Positions 11,256 to 21,100 of a stretch of 64,000 nt of DNA are shown one piece after another. The translations under genes were made by a program, and so were the position numbers. The stretch's first letter is position 1. Every line of letters begins with the position of its first letter. Source of the DNA: Caecitellus pseudoparvulus (lineage: Eukaryota > Protista > Bigyra: Bicosoecida); contig CBFFRQ010000057.1 in the NCBI GenBank assembly GCA_965644315.1, forward strand, positions 558,001-622,000, written 5' to 3'. The notes beneath the pieces are model-generated. The model made no database searches. It was not told where the DNA came from and saw nothing but the letters and a program-made list of their open reading frames with translations.

Positions 11256-14200
11256 ATGGTGGCAGAAGGCCTCCAAGCCTCTGAAGGCTCCATGCCCGAC
11301 CAACAGAGGGCGCAGACCTTGGGCATTGAGTGGAACCCTGACTCCGCAGACGACCAAGGAGGGCACGGGCTTTATGCTGTAGAGGAGGGCGATGAAGATG
11401 CAAGTGCACCCGCGCCACCCATGCCACTCCAACAGCGCCTGGCGCAAGCTGGCCAGCGCGTGCTGGCAAACCCAGTGTACACCGGTCTTATGCTGTTGCT
11501 TACTCTGTACGCGCTGTTCGGTAGCGACATCCGGATTCTAGCGTTTGAGAAGGATGCCGACGATACATTCTTCGCCTTGTCGGCGTTCACCTTCTTCGCC
11601 TTCTGCTTTGACTTGGTGCTGGCTTCGGCAGTGCGCTCCAAGCTCACACATGCCCCCGGTCGGTCTGCCAACGCCTGCCAGCGCCAGTGCAGAGTGAAGG
11701 GGTACTTCTTGTCCTTCTTCTTCTGGTTGGATTTCGTCGCTGCGCTGAGCGTTATCACGGAGATCCCCTGGATTTGGGAGCCTATCGGTGCGGCAATGCT
11801 CGCGTTTCGCCTGAAACGCATGCAACATTGGCCGTGCTCCATGCTCAATGCTGCGCAGGAGAAAGTTTGACCGAGGCGGATAACTTGTCTGCTGCTAGAG
11901 CTGGTCGTGTGACTCGGGCTGGCTCTCGTCTTGGGCGCATCATTCGCATGGTTCGCCTGGTGCGCCTCGGCAAGCTGTACAGCCTGTTTGTCGAGGCTTC
12001 GGCCCAAGGCTTGGCCGGGCCTGAAGCCAAAGGAAGTGGGCATGGGCTGCTGGGACACCCGAATGGTGGCCGTGCAGGGCGGGGCTTGGACACGACCCAA
12101 GTGCGCCAGAGCAAGCTTGGATTCCGCCTGTCTGAGTACACGACACGCAGAGTCATCGTGGGCGTGCTAGCAATGCTGCTACTGGTGCCGCTGCTAACGT
12201 ACGAAGAGACTGACTTCACAGAAGAGCTGGCAACAGAAGCACTTCACCGCTTCAACGTCCAGCGTGGGACAGGCTGGGAGGTTGCTGCCCGCCAGATGCG
12301 GTCCAGCTTGGGGCAATGGAGCACGGATGTCGGTGGCGGACCTCGCTTGGTACGGCTTTCCACTCAGCCCCTCCCCCCAGGAGACCCTGCCGTAGCACTG
12401 CAACTGGATGATGTTGGCTCGTACGACCACCTTCGCACAGGCATCGCTGGAGAAGAGCTGGTCTCCTTTCGCTTTGAGACTGCGGTGGGAGGAGCGGTGC
12501 CAACTGTGACGGAAGCGGCGTTTTCACGACGCCCCTTGCTGCAACTGGAGGCAGCATACTCCATCGGCTTGACCACGTTCATCATCGTGCTGCTCGCGCT
12601 GGGTTCGCTGTTGTTCACGTCCGATGCGCAGGCACTTGTGCTGCGGCCACTGGAAGGCATGGTGGCCTTTGTCGAAGGGTTGGCCACAAATCCCCTCACA
12701 AACATCACCTCCAAGGATAACACAGGGCTCTTCGAGACGAAAGTGTTGGAGAACTCCATTAAGAAGATTGCCGGGCTCATGCGGCTGGGGCTCGGCGACC
12801 ATGGCACACTGGTCGTTTCCCGCCACCTCAGCTCACGACCACCAGTCGACACTGCGGCAGCAGATGTCCTCACACGTGCCACGGCAGCGCAAGCCACCTT
12901 GGCGCCCAGCATTCCATCCAGTGCCGCCATCAGCCGCAGGCTCTCACGGTCACGCAGCCGGTCATACAGCTCAGCAGGCGGCGGCGGCGGGGTCTTGAAC
13001 CAGCTGGCTCCGTCGGCGCTTCGTGGACCTGAGGGTAACTCCCAACAGCAGCAAGTTGTGGGAGCAGGCTTCTTTGATCCACATGTCCCAGGCCGCACTG
13101 TGCGGGCCATCTTCATGCGGGTCCGCTTGCGTGACGCAGACGCGATCCGAACCGTCCTCGGGCGCCGTTTCATGCCCTTCCTGAATGCCATGGCAAACAT
13201 AGTGCATGACACGACCCTGGCGTGGGGTGGAGTACCCCACACCAACACCGCTGATGGATGGCAGTGCGTGTGGATCATCAACGACGAATGGGAGCACATG
13301 CAGGCTGCGGCAGCAGCTTCAGCCGCCGACACAGCACACAACCATGCTGTTGATATGATCTCAGTTGACTCCACTTCCCAGCCTGTGTCCGGCAGCCCCC
13401 AACACACTCCTCAGCAACCCACTCGCAGAATCTCCCTGAGAAGCTTTGCAGCAGGACAGGAACAATTAGGGCCGCGCACATCAACAGTGCCCGCCCCACC
13501 ATCCACCGCAGCAACAGACCGAGCCAGCGCCACGTACAGCGACAGTGACGGCAACGCCTCGCCACCGCCCAGGCCAGAGCGCCGACGCACGGTCGGAGGC
13601 ACGCCCGCTGCAATTGAAGCGCACGCTGCACGCTTCTTAGAGGCAGGCTCCCAACCCGGGAGAGCCACCGCCTCGCCTCAGCGGCGGAGGTCTCATCGAC
13701 GACACAGGGCCAGCACGGCCCTGGAGAGCTTCCGGTCTGTTGACTCTGGGCCCTCAGAAGGCGGCTCTCGCATCACTCTCCCCGAGCAAGCAGATGCGGC
13801 CCACGCTTTGGGCCAGCTCACCTTGAACAGTGCCAGTGGAGCGAGGCTGCGCCAGGGTGCTGACCTGCTGACCGTGCGGGAGAAGCTCAGCGCTGCAGGA
13901 CGAGTGGCAGACAAAGCCCTGGCTGCGGCGGCAAAGATTCAGGCTAGACTGCAGCGGTCACAGGGCCTGCGCAGCAGCTATGAATCGCAGAAGCTCCGCA
14001 CGATGCTGCCTGATTTTGAGCCTGTCCTAGACATTTCCTTGCACGTAGACTGGGCTGTACAGGGTGCGATCGGGACAGTGTCAAAAGTGGAGGTGGCGTA
14101 CTTGTCTCCCGCTAACTGCGTCACCAAACGCATGCAGACTGCTGCCATGGCATATGGGGCTCCGATCTTGCTCTCTCTCCCCCTGTTCCGCGTGCTCCCG

Positions 14201-14794
14201 ACGGCGACACAGAAGCTGTGTCGACGCCTGGACATGGTGAGCTTCACAGACCGAGTTCCAGACTTTCCACGACCTGGCGCCGCACCACCAGTGTCCCGTT
14301 CGGCACCCTTAGCACTGTACTCTTTCGATGCGTGGATGTGGAACACAAGCATCAAACGGGAAGCACAGCTGCTGTCGATGGGGCGATTGCTGAAGCACTG
14401 CAAGGATCCAGATGTGTTCAACCGCACTTTGCGGGGAGACTTGGCTGCCGTTGCGCGACGAATCTCCGTCTTGGGTGCTGCTGACATTATTGAGCACCCT
14501 GTGCTGTTCCAGGAGTATACCCAAGACCTCTTTCAAACTGACCCTGACCTGCGATCCCTTCGTGCGCCATTCGCCTCCTCCACATTTCAGACTCTGTACA
14601 GTGCAGGCCTGGCACTGTACATTGCAGGACGCTGGCAGGACGCAAGGGACAAGTTGGTTGACCTGCTAAGGCTGAAGCACTTGCCCCTTCCCGCGGGAGA
14701 TCGACCTACCCGCGCCCTGCTGGACTTCATGGCGCGCTTCGGCTTTCGAGCCCCACGTGGCTGGAAGGGATTCCGGCTGCTGGGGCCCCGTTGA
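11256..14794 (+). CDS. Ion-transport (voltage-sensor) domain fused to a class III nucleotide cyclase homology domain (Paramecium/Plasmodium AC-alpha type), catalytically degenerate; two introns near 11631-11687 and 11788-11858
   Basis: S1-S3 include LLTLYALFGSDIR and FFFWLDFVAALS. The S4 helix is RAGRVTRAGSRLGRIIRMVRLVRLGKLY. Two further TM helices and a HAMP-like linker follow, then cyclase motifs (LHVDWAVQGAIG, YLSP) and the family C-terminus (YIAGRWQDA...DRPTRALL...WKGFR). Confidence 0.85.
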
Positions 14795-15142
14795 ATGCAT
14801 CGGCCGCACACCTTTGCACAGAAGGCGGGAGGCAAAGTGCCTTCTTTCAGTGTGTTCTTTTCTCAGTGGTGGCTGTCAGCACCTGACTGCGCCTCGGTCT
14901 TGATCCGGCGCCCTAGCACAGCAAGAGTCGGAGCTTCCTCGACACGCAGCCAAAATATGTTCCAGCTTCCTTGTTTCAAGTCAGAACGAGAGCACTCTAG
15001 CATCGTCCGAGTGACTCCTGCCGTTGATTCGCAGATCACAGTGGCTCTGCACTCCAACGTGCGGCTTGGGGAGGCTGGTGTGGTCAACGGCTCGGTGCAA
15101 GTCTGACTGTGAACCCAGACGAGCCGCTGATACAAGCAGTAC

Positions 15143-18100
15143 ATGGCGGCGGAACGTCCAGATGCCCAGCTTGGGGCTAGTGGGTTGCCAAACTCGCAGC
15201 GCCAGCGACACCAGCGCGATGGCAGAAACCCAGCATCAGCACCCCGCGCCCCTGGCTCCATCCGGACTCTCTCTGACATCGAGAGCGAGGCTGCCTCAAC
15301 CGGTTCATCCATACGCCTCCCAGGTGCAGTAGCTGCCCAGCTTGGCTTCAGAGTGGATGGCCGCCATGTTCCCCTGGACCCAAGCTTGCACGCCAAACCT
15401 GGTGCAGGTCACCGTCGCATGCGACGTGGCTCCGCTACTTCCATGGGAAGCAGCATCACATTCGCAACGTACGGCAGCGCAGCATTTCTCGAATCAGAGG
15501 AACTAAGAGACCTTGATCAAGTTCCTGGGCACGTGCTGCCTGCAACGAGGCCAGCTTCAGCTGGGGCAAGCCCGCCCAGTCACCTGGCTGGTCCTTTTCC
15601 AGCAGTCCACGCATCTACATCGTCACCACCGCTGGTGTCCAATACCATGAGTGCTTTGGAGGATGCCGACTTTGTTCCATTGCCTGACTCCGACCAGGAA
15701 TCCGCATCCTCTCGATCAGGAAGCGAGAGCCATGAGGGAAGCGTGAGCACAGTCAATACTGAGCTCATCCCCGGATTTCGAGATGGGTCCCCTCGGCGAC
15801 AGAGTTTGGTGCGCGAGCAGCCCCCTCACAGAGACTGGCAAGCCCTGCAGCAAGGCTGGGCAGATCTTAAAGCCCGCCAATCTGAGCTTGAGCTTCAGAG
15901 GCAGGAGCTGGCTGAAGCGATGCAGCGGGCGGGGCACTCTTCGCCGAAGGCACCAAACACGATGGGCGGTCATGAAGGCGAATCTGCGCGCACCAAAAGC
16001 GTTCCCAACGCATGTGCAAGCACTCCCCAGAGCACCCTTGAACCACATCAGCAACCGAAGCAAATTGAGAAACTCACCACCATGCCGAAAGCAGAGCGAG
16101 CAATCGGTGAGGCAAAGCTCGCATCACTGCAGAGCGAGAAGGATGCGGCGGAGTCGGCGCTCGAGGCAGCTGTAACTGAGAAGGATGCGGTGGTGTCGGC
16201 GCTGGAGGCAGCTGTGACTGAGAAGGATGCGGCGGAGTCGGCGCTGGAGGCAGCTGTGACTGAGAAGGATGCGGCGGAGTCGGCGCTGGAGGCAGCTGTG
16301 ACTGAGAAGGATGCGGCGGTGTCGGCACTGGAGGCAGCTGTGACTGAGAAGGATGCGGCGGTGTCGGCACTGGAGGCAGCTGTGACTGAGAAGGATGCGG
16401 CGGTGTCGGCACTGGAGGCAGCTGTGACTGAGAAGGATGCGGCGGAGTCAGCACTGGCATCACTGCAGAGCGAGAAGGATGCGGCGGAGTCGGCGCTGGA
16501 GGCAGCTGTGACTGAGAAGGATGCGGCGGTGTCGGCACTGGAGGCAGCTGTGACTGAGAAGGATGCGGCGGAGTGGGCGCTGGAGGCAGCTGTGACTGAG
16601 AAGGATGCGGCGGAGTCGGCGCTGGCATCACTGCAGAGCGAGAAGGATGCGGCGGAGTCGGTGCTGGAGGCAGCTGTGACTGAGAAGGATGCGGCGGTGT
16701 CGGCACTGGAGGCAGCTGTGACTGAGAAGGATGCGGCGGAGTCAGCACTGGCATCACTGCAGAGCGAGAAGGATGCGGCGGAGTCGGCGCTGGAGGCAGC
16801 TGTGACTGAGAAGGATGCGGCGGTGTCGGCGCTGGAGGCAGCTGTGACTGAGAAGGATGCGGCGGAGTCGGCGCTGGAGGCAGCTGTGACTGAGAAGGAT
16901 GCGGCGGAGTCGGCACTGGCATCACTGCAGAGCGAGAAGGATGCGGCGGAGTCGGCACTGGAGGCAGCTGTAACTGAGAAGGATGCGGCGGTGTCGGCGC
17001 TGGAGGCAGCTGTGACTGAGAAGGATGCGGCGGAGTCGGCACTGGCATCACTGCAGAGCGAGAAGGATGCGGCGGAGTCGGCGCTGGAGGCAGCTGTGAC
17101 TGAGAAGGATGCGGCGGAGTCGGCGCTGGAGGCAGCTGTGACTGAGAAGGATGCGGCGGAGTGGGCGCTGGAGGCAGCTGTGACTGAGAAGGATGCGGCG
17201 GTGTCGGCACTGGGATCACTGCAGAGCGAGAAGGATGCGGCGGAGTCGGCACTGGAGGCAGCTGTGACTGAGAAGGATGCGGCGGAGTCGGCACTGGAGG
17301 CAGCTGTGACTGAGAAGGATGCGGCGGAGTCGGCACTGGCATCACTGCAGAGCGAGAAGGATGCGGCGGAGTCGGCGCTGGAGGCAGCTGTGACTGAGAA
17401 GGATGCGGCGGAGTCGGCGCTGGAGGCAGCTGTGACTGAGAAGGATGCGGCGGTGTCGGCGCTGGCATCACTGCAGAGCGAGAAGGATGCGGCGGAGTCG
17501 GCACTGGCATCACTGCAGAGCGAGAAGGATGCGGCGGAGTCGGCGCTGGAGGCAGCTGTGACTGAGAAGGATGCGGCGGTGTCGGCACTGGAGGCAGCTG
17601 TGACTGAGAAGGATGCGGCGGTGTCGGCGCTGGCATCACTGCAGAGCGAGAAGGATGCGGCGGAGTCGGCGCTGGAGGCAGCTGTGACTGAGAAGGATGC
17701 GGCGGTGTCGGCACTGGAGGCAGCTGTGACTGAGAAGGATGCGGCGGAGTCGGCGCTGGAGGCAGCTGTGACTGAGAAGGATGCGGCGGAGTCGGCGCTG
17801 GAGGCAGCTGTGACTGAGAAGGATGCGGCGGAGTCAGCACTGGCATCACTGCAGAGCGAGAAGGATGCGGCGGAGTCGGCGCTGGAGGCAGCTGTGACTG
17901 AGAAGGATGCGGCGGAGTCGGCGCTGGAGGCAGCTGTGACTGAGAAGGATGCGGCGGAGTCGGCGCTGGAGGCAGCTGTGACTGAGAAGGATGCGGCGGA
18001 GTCGGCGCTGGAGGCAGCTGTGACTGAGAAGGATGCGGCGGTGTCGGCACTGGAGGCAGCTGTAACTGAGAAGGATGCGGCGGAGTCGGCGCTGGCATCA

Positions 18101-21100
18101 CTGCAGAGCGAGAAGGATGCGGCGGAGTCGGCACTGGCATCACTGCAGAGCGAGAAGGATGCGGCGGAGTCGGCGCTGGAGGCAGCTGTGACTGAGAAGG
18201 ATGCGGCGGTGTCGGCACTGGAGGCAGCTGTGACTGAGAAGGATGCGGCGGAGTCGGCACTGGCATCACTGCAGAGCGAGAAGGATGCGGCGGAGTCGGT
18301 GCTGGAGGCAGCTGTGACTGAGAAGGATGCGGCGGTGTCGGCGCTGGCATCACTGCAGAGCGAGAAGGATGCGGCGGAGTCGGCGCTCGAGGCAGCTGTG
18401 ACTGAGAAGGATGCGGCGGAGTGGGCGCTGGAGGCAGCTGTGACTGAGAAGGATGCGGCGGAGTCGGCACTGGAGGCAGCTGTGACTGAGAAGGATGCGG
18501 CGGAGTCGGCACTGGAGGCAGCTGTGACTGAGAAGGATGCGGCGGAGTCAGCACTGGCATCACTGCAGAGCGAGAAGGATGCGGCGGAGTCGGCGCTGGA
18601 GGCAGCTGTGACTGAGAAGGATGCGGCGGAGTCGGCGCTGGAGGCAGCTGTGACTGAGAAGGATGCGGCGGAGTCGGCGCTGGCATCACTGCAGAGCGAG
18701 AAGGATGCGGCGGAGTCGGCGCTGGAGGCAGCTGTGACTGAGAAGGATGCGGCGGTGTCGGCGCTGGAGGCAGCTGTGACTGAGAAGGATGCGGCGGAGT
18801 CGGCGCTGGAGGCAGCTGTGACTGAGAAGGATGCGGCGGTGTCGGCGCTGGAGGCAGCTGTGACTGAGAAGGATGCGGCGGAGTCAGCACTGGCATCACT
18901 GCAGAGCGAGAAGGATGCGGCGGAGTCGGCGCTGGAGGCAGCTGTGACTGAGAAGGATGCGGCGGTGTCGGCACTGGCATCACTGCAGAGCGAGAAGGAT
19001 GCGGCGGTGTCGGCGCTGGAGGCAGCTGTGACTGAGAAGGATGCGGCGGAGTCGGCGCTGGAGGCAGCTGTGACTGAGAAGGATGCGGCGGAGTCGGCAC
19101 TGGCATCACTGCAGAGCGAGAAGGATGCGGCGGAGTCGGCGCTGGAGGCAGCTGTGACTGAGAAGGATGCGGCGGTGTCGGCGCTGGAGGCAGCTGTGAC
19201 TGAGAAGGATGCGGCGGAGTCGGCACTGGCATCACTGCAGAGCGAGAAGGATGCGGCGGAGTCGGCGCTGGAGGCAGCTGTGACTGAGAAGGATGCGGCG
19301 AAGTCGGCGCTGGAGGCAGCTGTGACTGAGAAGGATGCGGCGGTGTCGGCACTGGAGGCAGCTGTGACTGAGAAGGATGCGGCGGAGTCGGCACTGGCAT
19401 CACTGCAGAGCGAGAAGGATGCGGCGGAGTCAGCACTGGCATCACTGCAGAGCGAGAAGGATGCGGCGGAGTCGGCGCTGGAGGCAGCTGTGACTGAGAA
19501 GGATGCGGCGGTGTCGGCACTGGGATCACTGCAGAGCGAGAAGGATGCGGCGGAGTCGGCGCTGGAGGCAGCTGTGACTGAGAAGGATGCGGCGGAGTCG
19601 GCACTGGAGGCAGCTGTGACTGAGAAGGATGCGGCGGTGTCGGCGCTGGAGGCAGCTGTGACTGAGAAGGATGCGGCGGTGTCGGCACTGGGATCACTGC
19701 AGAGCGAGAAGGATGCGGCGGAGTCGGCGCTGGAGGCAGCTGTGACTGAGAAGGATGCGGCGGTGTCGGCACTGGCCTCACTGCAGAGCGAGAAGGATGC
19801 GGCGGAGTCAGCACTGGCATCACTGCAGAGCGAGAAGGATGCGGCGGAGTCGGCACTGGAGGCAGCTGTGACTGAGAAGGATGCGGCGGAGTCGGCGCTG
19901 GAGGCAGCTGTGACTGAGAAGGATGCGGCGGTGTCGGCGCTGGAGGCAGCTGTGACTGAGAAGGATGCGGCGGTGTCAGCGCTCGAGGCAGCTGTGACTG
20001 AGAAGGATGCGGCGGAGTCGGCACTGGAGGCAGCTGTGACTGAGAAGGATGCGGCGGAGTCGGCGCTCGAGGCAGCTGTGACTGAGAAGGATGCGGCGGA
20101 GTCGGCGCTGGCATCACTGCAGAGCGAGAAGGATGCGGCGGAGTCGGCGCTGGAGGCAGCTGTGACTGAGAAGGATGCGGCGGTGTCGGCACTGGGATCA
20201 CTGCAGAGCGAGAAGGATGCGGCGGAGTCGGCGCTGGAGGCAGCTGTGACTGAGAAGGATGCGGCGGAGTGGGCGCTGGAGGCAGCTGTGACTGAGAAGG
20301 ATGCGGCGGTGTCGGCGCTGGAGGCAGCTGTGACTGAGAAGGATGCGGCGGAGTCGGCGCTGGCATCACTGCAGAGCGAGAAGGATGCGGCGGAGTCGGC
20401 ACTGGAGGCAGCTGTGACTGAGAAGGATGCGGCGGAGTCGGCGCTGGCATCACTGCAGAGCGAGAAGGATGCGGCGGAGTCGGCACTGGAGGCAGCTGTG
20501 ACTGAGAAGGATGCGGCTGTGTCGGCGCTGGAGGCAGCTGTGACTGAGAAGGATGCGGCGGTGTCGGCGCTGGAGGCAGCTGTGACTGAGAAGGATGCGG
20601 CGGAGTCGGCGCTGGCATCACTGCAGAGCGAGAAGGATGCGGCGGAGTCGGCACTGGCATCACTGCAGAGCGAGAAGGATGCGGCGGAGTCGGCGCTGGA
20701 GGCAGCTGTGACTGAGAAGGATGCGGCTGTGTCGGCGCTGGAGGCAGCTGTGACTGAGAAGGATGCGGCGGTGTCGGCGCTGGAGGCAGCTGTGACTGAG
20801 AAGGATGCGGCTGGGGCAGCACTGGCATCACTGCAGAGCGCGAAAGATCAACTTGCACGGAATTATGATGCGTTGGAGGTGTCGTATGGCGATCTTCGAG
20901 AAGAGTTGGCTTCTCTTAGGTCACGTTTGGATGCTTCCAAGGACAGGGTGTTTCAGGCAGTACAGCTGAATGAGGTGCTTCAGGATCGTCTTCAAGTGCT
21001 AGAACAGCGATCGGGTCGGGCTGATCGTTTCAATGTTGGCACCCAAACTTCTGCTTTAAGTGCCCAAGGAGATGATGGTCCGGATGATATGTATCGCAGC

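Noticed and set aside
16121-20839. Possible CRISPR-like repeat/spacer array (constant part alternating with a variable part)
   Set aside because: The variable part has only two states rather than unique spacers. The array is in frame inside a eukaryotic ORF, and no cas genes are present.
16074-20858. 1594-aa antisense Pro-rich, extensin-like ORF (PTPPHPSQSQLPP repeats)
   Set aside because: It coincides exactly with the 42-bp array, whose unit has no stop in that frame. It has no unique flanking domains or signal peptide, so it is a by-product of the sense repeat.
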